Assembly (NCBI GenBank): GCA_001949185.1
Contig: BDGG01000002.1
Coordinates: forward strand, 1,147,481-1,211,480
Direction: 5' to 3'
Length of the DNA stretch: 64,000 bases
Origin: Ramazzottius varieornatus
Taxonomy: Eukaryota > Animalia > Tardigrada
The position numbers and the translations under genes were made by a program. The notes below the pieces were generated by a model. It worked only from the letters and a program-made list of their open reading frames with translations. It made no database searches and had not been told where the DNA came from. Of this stretch, positions 50,184 to 62,111 are shown piece after piece (the first letter of the stretch is position 1; every line of letters starts with the position of its first letter).

Positions 50184-51634
50184 CTATACACGGTATTTCC
50201 AGAACCGAAAGGCTTGTTGGTATCTCCTAAAAGAAGCCATGATAAGGAGAGGTTCAATGAAGACTTTAGAGGACATCCACGTATAGGATATCCTCCAGGC
50301 TTTCAGCTGAGCTAGATCGTGCGAAGGATGAAGAAATTGTACCACGGCATAAGGTCCCACAAAGACAATCAAACTGGCTGTCAGAATTAAGCTGATTTTC
50401 AGATGACCCCACTGCGCTTCTTTGACAGCTTGCTCCATAACAAGGTCGGTAGTCCGTCGGATTTCGGTCGGTGGCGAAATGTTTTCCGAGGGGCCATTGC
50501 CGAGAACGTGCAGACTTATGGACGGAAACCTTTGTCCCGCGGATTCAGTTGGTTCCTGATTGGTAGCTTCTACAACCGGACGTGGAAATGGAGTATCGGT
50601 GTTGGAGCGGACAAGGTAAACGACAATTAGCATCAGGAGAGTCACTGCGGTAGGTGCGAAAAGGTACCAGATGCTTTCGTGGGCATATCTGGTCTCGGCT
50701 ATCGCCAGGCATGGATATGATCCCGCACTCAGCTGCACAGTCGAATAACTGCCAAAGACGGTTAATGCGGCCAGTTGTTCTATAATCTACAGCGAAACTG
50801 AGAAATCCAACTCATTTTTCTGATTGCAAGCTCGGTCTTTCAAGTGGCGCATTTTTTCTGTGTTTTTGGCTAAGGGCGTGCGCCAACGCCAAAGATAAGC
50901 GATTGTGTCCAGTCTGATCGATTTTTTTATGACTGAGTGGCGCACTTTTCCCATGTTGTTACGTGAACCCATGCACCACTTGGAAAACGATCTCGCCGAA
51001 TTCGTCTGCCATGTAGGAGGAGAGCTCACGCGTATGGACAGTAGAAAGCACCGAGGATCAGCAAAATGACTGCAGGGCCGGTGATGTGGTACCATCTGCC
51101 AGTGGACCTTCGAAAAAATTCCGGCATGCATGTCGGGACAGCCAACAGTAAGTACGAGTAGAAGAACTGGATGGTCAAAACTGGGACAGTCCAGCATGCG
51201 GTGAAAACCAGGAAGTAAGTCAGTACTGCGCTGTACAATCAGAAGGAACTTTGAACATGGTTCTACTAACAACTGCATGCGGCATTAACTGCTCAAATTA
51301 CGTGCCTTATCAGACAGTAACGCCTTCCAAATGTCCAGATATTTTCCAGAATGACCATCGCCACCATGCTGAAGGGGATCACGAGCGATGCTAGGAGAAA
51401 GTTGGTCAAGAGTAGGCTGAGTACCAGGCCATCGAATGCGGTGAGGGGATGTAGCGTCCGCAGACGCATCCGTCCAAAGATCAAGTGAACGTTGATGGAC
51501 AAGGAAATGAGCGACAGAAGAGCCACGACGACCATCCCCGCGCCGTGTTCTGGCCGGAGATCCAGGAAATCGTAGAAATGCAGTTCACCATCGGGCTGGA
51601 TCATCTGCGCCAACGACTTGAAATCCAGATCCAT
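50184..51634 (-). CDS. Atypical class A GPCR-like protein, 3 exons (copy B, tandem paralogue)
   Basis: FDGLVLSLLLTNF, WTFGRRYC, QFFYSY, QAVKEAQWGHLKISLILTASLIVFVGPY, IEPLLI and RRYQQAFRFWKY parallel copy A, with matching intron positions. Confidence 0.75.
50822..51012. repeat. Intronic palindromic family, 2 units
   Basis: CAAGTGGCGCAT-25nt-GTGCGCCA, and GAGTGGCGCAC-25nt-ATGCACCACTTGGAAAACGATCTCGCCGAATTCGTCTGCC, in the GPCR copy B intron. Confidence 0.85.
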
Positions 51635-52324
51635 TTGCGCACAACCTTAGGAAAACGCCGGATTGAAACCAGAAGGTTTCGTTCGATTCATTTATGGAAT
51701 TCAGTTAGAAAAGAATATATGAGATCGTGCAGAAACCGACAGCAGCAAAAATAAAACAATTCTGCGAGACGACGTAACAACATCCAAGTTATCTGCGTGC
51801 GCAATTTCGACTTTTCTTTGCGGCAGCCAAGTCGTAATCGTCTACTATCGGACACCGATCAACGCAGCGGTGTTACATAACACGAAGGGTTTGTTCTCTC
51901 TATCGCACCAAACCATTTCACAAATCACAACGAATGCTGGCTTTTTTACTGTAAACCTGACAGCGCCGAGTAACTCTGCGCGTTCCGAAAACTTTCCTTC
52001 TATGAAATAACCGAAGAATCGGTGCGCTAAAACTGATCTTCTTTTGGTTTGATGGTAAAAAATAAGGCCTTTCAAAGTTGAGAAAGCATAAAAAAATGTC
52101 ACTTGAAGAAGGGCAGTGTTCGCCACATAAAAATGTCAAAAAGGGAGGAAGCCATTTTGTCAGTATCAGAGTAGAACTCCATGAAAGAAAATCACCTGCG
52201 TTAAGTTAACTAAACATTGTAGTGAGACCTCAAGTCATGGTCAAAACCCTCTCACCATCTTTGGACTTCTTCTATCCAACACTTCTTCTATCCAACACTT
52301 CTTCCATCCAAAACTTCTTCCTTC

Positions 52325-55300
52325 TCACTGTTGGTTTCCATCATCCGACTGATCGGACAGTACACTTGCCTTGTTGTCCGGTGTGGTGGGCGCACTGTCA
52401 TCCTCCTCAGGGCCGGACTGACCGGAAACCTCGGAGGCCTTCTCCTTCACACCGTTTTCCCCACCTTCGTCGCTATCGTAGACATCGATAGTCTGGGTGA
52501 ACTCGACTGGTGTTTGTGGGTAAGGTCTCTTCAAGTGGGTTCCATCAACATTCTAAAATGAAACCCAATGAAGAATGTTCACCAGTCACATGGAGCCTGC
52601 ATGCCAGAACTCCATGGTAAAAGCCTTAAGCAGTGTTTGTAGGTGAGTGAGAAACATGTTTGCTCTTTACTTCTAACACCTACCATGCACCCGCATAAAA
52701 GTGCAATGCCTTTACTGTGGATTCCTTGCCTGCAAGTGCGCGACTCAATGAGTTTCGAATCTTGTACATCAAATACAATTAAATTAATCAAATCATCCAC
52801 TTGCATATCTAAGCTCCACGCTGCGGCTAGCGGCTAGCGTATGCGGGTACATGATAGACTGGTAAATTCTGTTCACTCACGTCGTCAATGGTCTTCGCGG
52901 CTCTTCTGTCCACTGGAAGTTCCGTCAGACTTCCCGACTGACTCTTTCTTGCATCCTTGGACTGCATGTAACTAGTTCTTCGTGCGTGGGCACCATTCAT
53001 GGCAGTCATCGGATCCTCCATGCCACCATGGAGAACCTCGTCGTGCTTGACGGTAGACTCATGGGGCATTAACATGGCCGGTGCGCGGAACATGTAGGAC
53101 ATGGGGTAGTACATCAGGTTGAGGAAGGTAGCGGCGTACAGGTCAGCATAGCGGCTGACCTGACTGGCGAAGAAGGTCTGGAAAGAGCCACTGCGGAAGA
53201 GACTGCCTAACAGTCCGTAGCTCATGTCCATCTCGTGAATGACATTCTTCATCTCTTGCTGGATGTGCTTGATGTTGGGCCGCTCCACCGAGCTGCTATC
53301 CATATCCCTATCGAAAACGAAAAGCAATGAATCAGCCAACTTGAGCCAAGCGTCCCAAAAAATCGGCAGCTTCGTTCTAGCCACCTGCACACTGACAAGC
53401 CGTGTAACCTACATAGCGCCGTGTACGCAGGTGGATGAAACACGAGCGAACGTACTTGTAAAGATTGCTTAGTTTGATGTCCAAGTCCTCCAGCTTTTGA
53501 AAGAGGCTGCGTCTATCGCTCCAAACATGCAGCTCGTTCTCCAGCTCTCGGACCACCAGGAACGTTCTCCATCCACGGGTTTTCTTTGACTTCAACACGT
53601 CGCCGAAAATGTGGTCTCCCACGTATAGGACATCCTTGCCCTTAGCGCCGACCAGCTGCGTGAAGACGTCGCAAGAGCCGCCATTGTAGACTCGATCGGA
53701 ACAAAGAGGCCCCGTGGACGTCCCTAGACGCAACGTCCCCGTTTTCTATGGAAAGACATCGGTTTAACGCAAAACAGGTCAGCGTCCAACCCGGTCTCGA
53801 ATCTTCACCCACCTGCATACATTCACACAGCATACCCCCATGATGCGATGTATGCAAGGGCGAAGTCACAGAACTACACCCACCTGCATACATTCATGCG
53901 CCATATTTACATGGCGCAATGTATGCAAGTTCGAGAAAGATGTGTCCAAGTTACTGCCGACACAAAAGCGATCAACAACAAAACCGTTCTTAAATTTATC
54001 CAACAGAAATATTCACCAAGTCGACTTCTCGCAGCAAAGTGCCCTCGCCGAAAAACAGGGGCTTCCTGGCGTCGACGAAAACGTAGTCAAAGTAGGTCCT
54101 CCAGTTCCTCGTTGTGTCGGCTCCTTCGAAACTGAACATATACGTCATAATTTTCTGCAATCATGCAAAAGATGGACTAACCCACTCCTTCTGTAATATT
54201 GATTTGAGGATCAAGCCTTTTAAGCGTATTAGCAAAAATGCAGCATATGGTACCTCAGTGTAATACCATTCACTGTTGGTCAGCAGGAAGACCTTGGCGC
54301 CGTTCTTCCGCAAGTGCGTCAGTAAGGTTGGAAGACGAGGATCGCGCTCGACGTACTCTTCCGGATCAGCCACAGTCTTCTCCTTCAATGCTCCCTGAAA
54401 ACGAAGAGGTGAGAACTCTGTCTTGCATAATTAACCAATCTGAAAAGCCGAGTTAGATTACGTCATGTTTCATTTTCGGTAAGTCAAGCCGTGCCCAAAT
54501 GCATAATTATATTGTGGCACGGCCTTGGCTTACCGGAAGTGTAACATCTATACAAACGAAAACAACGTCTCCCAGACTCAAAAACGATCAAGAACATTCC
54601 AAATCAGCATAGGTCTGTAAGCTAATTTTCGACGACACTGTACCTGCATGTGGACCCAGTCGACGGAAGCCCGGACATCCTGGAAGATGGACTTATACGA
54701 CATGACAATGTCTCCCTTCTTCACACCCGTTTTCTGCCTGAAAACATAACAAACCTACCATAAAAACCACTAAGATTCAAGGCAAAAATCGAATGTATTC
54801 CATGACTAACATACAGATTGTTGTCTTCAGCTTTGGTGAAGTAATCCACCAAGCAAGCCAGGATGTAGATTTCTGGCAGGTTGAAAAGCGTGTTCATAAC
54901 GTACATCCGCCGCTCGTCCAATATGACGAACTTGTTCGGATACAAATCGTCGACTTCGTTTCTACAAACAGTAAATCACCAATACATACTCGAATACCTC
55001 GAAAACCCCATTACCCTTTCAGAACTTCGAAACCGTGGTAGGCAACCATGATGAAACCAAACGGGTCGACTTTGAGGATGTTCCCGTACAGTGAGTCAAA
55101 CCATACACCCCTAAAAATAAGGGGAAAAATTAGAGTACCACAGAAAAATCTCAAATAGGACTGCGACCTATTTTACGTACCTGATGGGGAAGGAAGGGTC
55201 ATATTCGAATTCTTCCAGTTCTTTGGGATATCCAATCTGCAGCAATCGATTGATAATCTCTTTGAACGTCATGATTTCGTAGGCCGGAGACTTATACACT

Positions 55301-55790
55301 ATATTATTCACAAGGAAGAGCATTACGTCACACCGTCCACACGTCAACATTCTCGCGATATCCATCACGAAATAAGAAGCAGGAAATGAAACGAGCCAAA
55401 TTGTTTCATCAAGTGGTGCACGCGTTCACTGTCACTGGCTGTATGTATGCACCACTAGGGACAACAATCTGGCGCATGTCATCACCCACGTCCCAATAAT
55501 TATTCTGACGTACCTGCTAATGTGTAATCCATATCGAATCCGTAAAACTTGATCTGCTCCAACCGCAGACTTCGGTTGACGAAAATTCTGCAACCCAAAA
55601 ACTATGGTTAAAACTAATAGACTAACTACACACTAACGGAAAATTCCAACCTGTGTTCAGCTTCACGGTAATATTTGGGAGGCACATTCTCCACCCCCGT
55701 CTTGCTTTTTCCATTCACTTGCTCGGGATGGCCAGTAGCTCCAACAGAGGAGTTGCTCGCGACAGGCTGATTCAAACCCGAAGTGTCCAT
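52325..55790 (-). CDS. NT5C2: Cytosolic purine 5'-nucleotidase (cN-II, HAD family), multi-exon
   Basis: [87 protein letters not shown]; acidic tail; the start may lie in an upstream exon. Confidence 0.95.
55388..55478. repeat. Intronic palindromic family, single unit
   Basis: ATTGTTTCATCAAGTGGTGCAC-25nt-ATGCACCACTAGGGACAACAATCTGG, in an NT5C2 intron. Confidence 0.75.
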
Positions 55791-58457
55791 CTTCTCTTCG
55801 GGTATACTCGTTTGATGGATTCCTTCGACGAAGGGGAAATCGTCCAAATAAGGCCTGCAAATATTCAAAACAACATGCGTAACTGACCACATCCCGTTCC
55901 CTACTTTTTCTCCCATTACCTATAATCACTAACCCGTCGACCAATTTTCGACAAGCTAGGAGGTCGAGAAGAGGAAGCCATTCTTCAGAATATGTCACTT
56001 GTCAAATACTTCAGAAAAGATGGAAAGTTACGGAAATCCAAAAGCTAATCAACATATTGGCATAGATGTGCCGAGAGGAAACCACACAATGGCTGGTCAA
56101 AGTACACTACGGGAGGCAAACTTGGCAGGCCGATACAACTCATTCTCCCGGTACATCCATGCCAGCCCTGCTAATCAATCAAGAAACAACAATGAAACAT
56201 TCTACTGATTGTTGATTGACACGATACCAAGGAATTTGTGATTCTGCTTGTTACTGTCATGAGAAGGTCCTAGAAAACCACATGCTGGCATCGGAGATGA
56301 TTCAGTCCTTTGAACGCATCGTGATCAGCGATTTAGCGCTAATAATCTCGACAGAGCAGCGGGCAAAATGTTTTACAACAGAATTTATAAAGGATGCCTA
56401 AGGCGTAACCTACTTCGAAGTACTAATGCTGTTCGAATTTAGTAACCTGTTGGTTCGTTGTGCTTGCTTATCAATGCATCCACCGCAGCACCCATGCGCC
56501 AACGCCAGGTTGATTCAGTTCTTGGTCCAGTAAAATGAACGATGAACCCCCCCTCGAAGGAGATTTTCGTAGCTTAGTACCGAAATGCCAACCTTGGACT
56601 GTCGTTCATAGTTCAACACAGGAAAATGAATTTCGTGGTCTCACCTCCTATATAGAATCACGTAGAACAGTTGAGAAATAGTCCAGACCGCTCAGGAGAG
56701 GGACGTTGCAGAGGAAGGCGGTGGTCTTTTATAACCTAGGAAACACAAGTGCAATTAATCTTTCACCACCACGGAGACCACCACAAAGAAGCCCTGGAGC
56801 TTCGTCCATCCCTCGCAGTCAGCTGTCCTCGTGGCTGCTACAAACTGACTGGAACATCAACACTCATGGAAGTTACATGCATATAAATAGCTTACTTGAA
56901 GGTCTTCGGAGAAATGATGCAGTATTGGGTAGCAAAATTCGCTGACATACCGGAAATCCCCGTAAAATTTCTGCAAAATTGAAAATGGAAAATTCGAAAA
57001 TCGCAAATATAGAAACTATCGCAACAGGGGCCACTTTCGGTTTCGGAATTCGGACCCCTTGGTTTGCTGCGTGTCATTGTCCTGTTATGTGGTGTAATTC
57101 ATGTTATATTGTGTTTTATTGTGTAACCTAATTCATATCAGAATTGTCAGTCTACGTAGCGCCAACCCTCGTTTTGCGGAAACGGAACGGATCGCTGCAT
57201 CGCTTGAATGTTGAATCACATGCAATGTGATGCACTTTCCCCCAGTGTCGCCACTTGTTTTCAAGGGTGACCTCACAGCTCACCGTCGAGGGAATTTCGG
57301 AAATCTTGTCACCCACAATCACAATTCACAAATACTGTAGAGCTGCAGTACCGCGCCTTTTGGAAATAACGGCGTACAAAATGCGGGCTGACTCAGCGGT
57401 CGCCGCAGATAACATACGATAGGTGAAGAACGCCCATCAGCATTTATGCCGAACGTCGGAAGATCAAGTCATGATCTGCTTTTTTACGAATCATCAATTG
57501 CAGAAATACTCTAACTCGCATCGCACAAGTAGAGAGGCCGGAAATAGAGACGGCAGATTTGATTGGCTTTCGGCAAGCCTGAAGTTTCAACGCGAAGACC
57601 AGCCCACCCGTGCAACGAGCCACTACACAGTGAGGTCAGTTGTACGTACGTACCAGGTGCGTACAGTAGAGCACTGGGCCGCAGGTCCAAAAGTACGCAG
57701 TAACTGTGCTGGGCACATTACCAGGGCGCTGTATGCTGCGCTGTGCTGCACAACTTTCATGCCCAGTGGCTAAGCAGCTGTGCTGCAGATACACGTTGAC
57801 CTGGTGCAACTGCGCGGAACGCCGATGTATTGACGTGGTTTGCCATTCAGCCAGCTAAATCGGTAGTCAACCTGGAGAACGTTACCCTGAGTACCGCAAA
57901 GCTGAGACGGCTGACATTCGAATGCCCGAAAACTGTAATTTTTGTTAGTTTTCGGTAGGTGCATCTGCGCGGTAGTCTATGGCTTTCTGCTGCATGCTGT
58001 GCTGTGCCGCACAAATTTCGTCATTTCACGCGCTGTAGCTGTGCTGCAGCACAGCTGCGCCGCAGTGCAGTACAGTGCAGAGCATGCGGCCAGATTCTGT
58101 GCTCTAGCGTGCAGCAGTGTGGACACAATACCCAGTCGAAATTTGAAACGGTTTGGAAAGCCTTGTTCATGTCACAGACTTGTGAATTTCGAATCAATCA
58201 AGTCGTGCTGTATGCATGAGCGCGTAGAATTGCACATGCAGGTGCACGTCGCAGTGCGCTGATTTTATTTCAAGTAAGCCTCCCAGCTTCCCCACGCAGC
58301 GTCTCCATTTCTGGCTTCGCTGCGCAGAAGACATATTATCACATTTCGGAATATCAGAAAGTTTGGAAAGTTTCGCCCGCAGCATCCGACCTGATTTCAT
58401 CTTTCTTTCGCTCCTGCTCACTTGACATCCACGGTTAAACGTCCGAAACGGTGATAT

Positions 58458-60880
58458 ATGAAATCTCATCCGGCTGCCGTTAACGATGGAATGTCCATCA
58501 GGATGGCGGCCGCGAAGTACGATATACCTCCCAAGACTCTGGCCAACAAATTCAACGGAAAGCATCAAAAGAAGGTCGGCTGTTCCAACACGTTCACGCT
58601 TGAAGAAGAGGCGGAAATTAGCAAAATTCTCGTCCGCTGCTCCACGATCGGTGTTCCTCTCGGTAAACGTTCTTTGATCAAGATCGTCAAAGCCATCGCC
58701 ATTGCGAAAGGTGAGTCTGATGTTACTTAAATGTTGATTACACGAAGGATAACCTTCGGGTAGCGTCAACCATATGCTCAAAAGGAATTAACTGACACCC
58801 AACTTCCGGTTGGTAATGCACCAAAGATGACCTTGTTAGCGGTGTTACTTTCTTCTAGGCATGGACTGGGCTAAGTTCACCAATCAATGGTACCGGAAGT
58901 TTCTTCGGAGAAACCGTGAAGTTTCTTTGCGGATGCTGAGCGCGCTGAGCTTCAAAAAGTGTCCGGAATGGACAGCGGCCCGCTGCGAAGAATGGATCTC
59001 GCTTCTTCAGAATTTAAGCGACGAAGGATTTCTTGACAATCCTAGCGGGATCTGGAACCTAGATGAGTCGGGATTTCGGTTGGCGGAACTGTACGACAGG
59101 GTATATGCGGAGAGAGGCGTGAAGGAAGCAGTGGGTTACGTAAAAGGCTCGGAGAGCGACCGAGAGAACATCTCACTCTTGGCTATGGGGGACGCAGCTG
59201 GAAAGATGCTACGTCCGTTGATCCTGTACAAGGAGAAGATGCATATTGAGTCGCACTTCCGAGACACCCACGATGCGTGCTACAATGGGACTTATTATTC
59301 GGGAGTGATGCATACTGACGTTCAGACCGACTTCTGGAGAAAGAATTTCTTTCGTCCATCAAGTGTCCCGAGGTAAGCCTTGTACGCGCACCCGTTTTGG
59401 CGATGATACTTTTACTCTATGAACCTGTCTCCACTTGAATGGCACCAAGGTTAACGTTGTGAGTTTGGTCATATTGCAGAACGTATTGTTTTGCGACGGA
59501 CATTCTTCCCATCTGAGCTGTATCCCCTTTCGGCGGAGTGTTCGGCGGAGTAAAGCAGAAGTGGCACAGTTATCTTCGCAATCCCAGGCTTGACACCACC
59601 ATCGATGTGAGTCATACCCGTGTTTATGATTCGCCGATCTTGTGAACATTGGTGAGTTTGACAAAAGTGTTTTTCTGGATTTCTAGGTTTCTAGCATCAA
59701 CTTCCCTGCTCACATCGTCGAACATTGGAGACCAGATTGTCCACCGTACTCGTTCAACTTAGGTAAGAACTTACTGGCCAAGGTTATCTGGCTATCTGGG
59801 ATGAAGCGTCAGCAGACAGGAAATCCAGCAGTTAAACTAGGGGGAAAAATCCGCCAGATCGTCAACTGACGTTGTCGCTGTTGCTGGGCAGGAACGACTG
59901 GACGTATTGAAAAGGTCCGCAACCGTGCCCTTTTTCTACGAAGTTTCATGGATTATCAGTCAAGGTTGTGCCGAGCACGGACCTGACAAGGAACGCCGTA
60001 GAAAAAGGGCTCAAATTGTGGACCGTTTTATTATCTCGAGCCACCTCTGTTCTTGACGGAAAGCGTATGCTTCTGGGATGAACAACCTTGTCGCGTTTTT
60101 CTGCACAGATTTCGAATGTACTCGTTATGCGGATGTTATCCTACTGAATGCTTTTCTTTTAAGATGGACCGTTGAAAGAAGGATTTCGGAGAACTGGAAT
60201 TTTTCCGTTCAGCGCCAGGCTGCTCAGGGCCACAGTGAATCCTCACTTGGAAATCGTGGAAGAGGCGGAAGTTGGAAGTGACGAGCATTTTGCAGACATT
60301 GCAAAGGTTCTTCGCGAAAAGATTGGCCTGACCGAAGATAAGACAACTAGCTGCCTCTTGAAAATCAAAAGATTCATGACAGGGGAATCGGTAGGCTCCG
60401 TGGTAGCTTTGGAATTTCATAAGAATTTGCTGCGCAGTGCTCGTCAGAAGAAATGACGGGAGAAAGATTCGCGTCTCGATGTTTCCAATGGAAGAATCCT
60501 CACAGAGAGCACTTACATCAGTCCAAAGAAAGCCGCGATGGAAAAGAACAGAGGGAAAGCCAAAGGCTTGAGAAACCGGAAGCGAAACATCGAGGCGGTA
60601 GAGGAAAGCGCGACAGACAGCGAAGATGAAAGCCCCACTAAGCAAGGATACCCACACCAGAGCGACAGAGAAAGACGGCTAAGCAGGTGGCTGCGGAAAT
60701 AGCATGCGACGTCTCTGCACCACCGCCGAACATCAATTCTACGGCGGACGTTCCTGAAGGACACCTTCCGAAGGCCAGAGCAAAACGAGACAAGGCACGA
60801 GCTCCGACCGCTACAGTTCCCATAAAGAAACCTTCCGCGTCTGCTTCAATATCAAAAGCCAAGACGACTTTCCTGCCATA
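58458..60880 (+). pseudogene. Intron-containing pogo-type transposase (HTH_psq + CENP-B HTH + DDE_1), disrupted
   Basis: GMSIRMAAAKYDIPPKTL, TLEEEAEI, WYRKFLRRN, IWNLDESGF, VLFCDGHSSH, EGFRRTGIFPF; introns 58711-58858 and 59373-59479; frameshifts downstream. Confidence 0.85.
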
Positions 60881-61062
60881 ACTCAAACCTAAAATTTCTA
60901 CTATGAAGTCCAGGTCCAAGAAGAACTAGGCAACAACGGGATCCACACCGCTGTAGTGAAAATTTTGTTGTTTAGCTGTATAATCCGTTTACATGTACCA
61001 TCCGAAAGATGAATCTGGAGGCTCGGATAAGTCTTTCTTTCTCTTTGTCCCGATGGGAACCC

Positions 61063-61330
61063 GGCAAGCAAACTTGGCAAGATCGTTTTTCGAAGTGGCG
61101 CACACTGTCGGATACTTACAGTAAGATCGTTCGCCACGTACGCCGACTATCACCTCGTACAAGATCGTTTTCCCCGTGACGCACTTTTGCTGGTGGTAAC
61201 AATGTAAACATGCGCCACTGAGGAAAAAAACCAAACTCGATAGATCGCTGTTCTCCAGTAGCGCACGTTCCTAGCCTATAACACTGGAAATGTGCGCCAC
61301 TTGGGAAAAAAATCAGACGCAAGATCGCAT
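61063..61330. repeat. Palindromic family, 3-unit array inside the transposon
   Basis: Three successive AGATCG...GTGRCGCAC-loop-(G/A)TGCGCCAC units. Confidence 0.85.
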
Positions 61331-62111
61331 AATGGGACCAGTGGTGTCATATGTGACATCGAAAGTAGAAAGAGAGTGTCCATGCGACAGGCGCACGTTA
61401 GCGTCTGCCTTGATTTCTACGGTAAATCAGAACAGTTAAAACTTTACCCACTCCTTCTCGGTCGCCTTACGGCTGTAAATGAAATCAGCTGATCTTGACG
61501 GAGCAAGGCAGCCAACAATGCCATCTGCAGAACTTGACTGGGTAAAGTATACTAGTGGAAAAAGTTGGATTTCTCTCCTCGTACTTTTGGACCTGCGGCC
61601 CACTGCTCTAGTTTCCGCATATTTGCGCTGCAGTTTTCTTCTGTATTCGTTGTATGGTCAATGACGTAAGGAGTATTCGCTCCGCCCCAATATTTGTCAA
61701 ACGCAAACAATCAGCCACTGGAACGTGTGGTTCAGCCTCCAGCAAGGCGCGGTACTGCAGCTCTACAGTCTACAGTGTTCACAAAGTTTAGAAATCCTTC
61801 CTCAAATTTCAGAAAATGTGATTCCTCTGTGATTCTTGTGGCTCTTAATTTTCCGTGGTGGACGTAACAGTCCTGCCCTTAGTTTAAGGAGTGAAAGGCG
61901 CTTCAGGACGACAGTCGCCTCCGGTATCTACCTGCCTGCTCATCCTCCACAAAACGAAGGGAGTTCTAAATTAACTTGGTCACGTCGCTCTCTTCTGCTC
62001 ATTCCTTTCCGTTCATCCTTCACCTTTTCCGAGTTCGGAGACGAGACTGCTAAGTGCGTTTGATCAAAAATCTGGTTGCATCTGTTGGGTCTTAATTGAT
62101 GACAATCTGCA

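Larger units (their letters stand above)
57335..61768 (+). mobile_element. 4434-bp pogo/Fot1-like DNA transposon with 25-bp TIRs
   Basis: TA|CTGTAGAGCTGCAGTACCGCGCCTT ... AAGGCGCGGTACTGCAGCTCTACAG; a second, subterminal IR TAGAGCASTGGGCCGCAGGTCCAAAAGTACG at ~57667 and ~61580; encloses the transposase. Confidence 0.88.
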
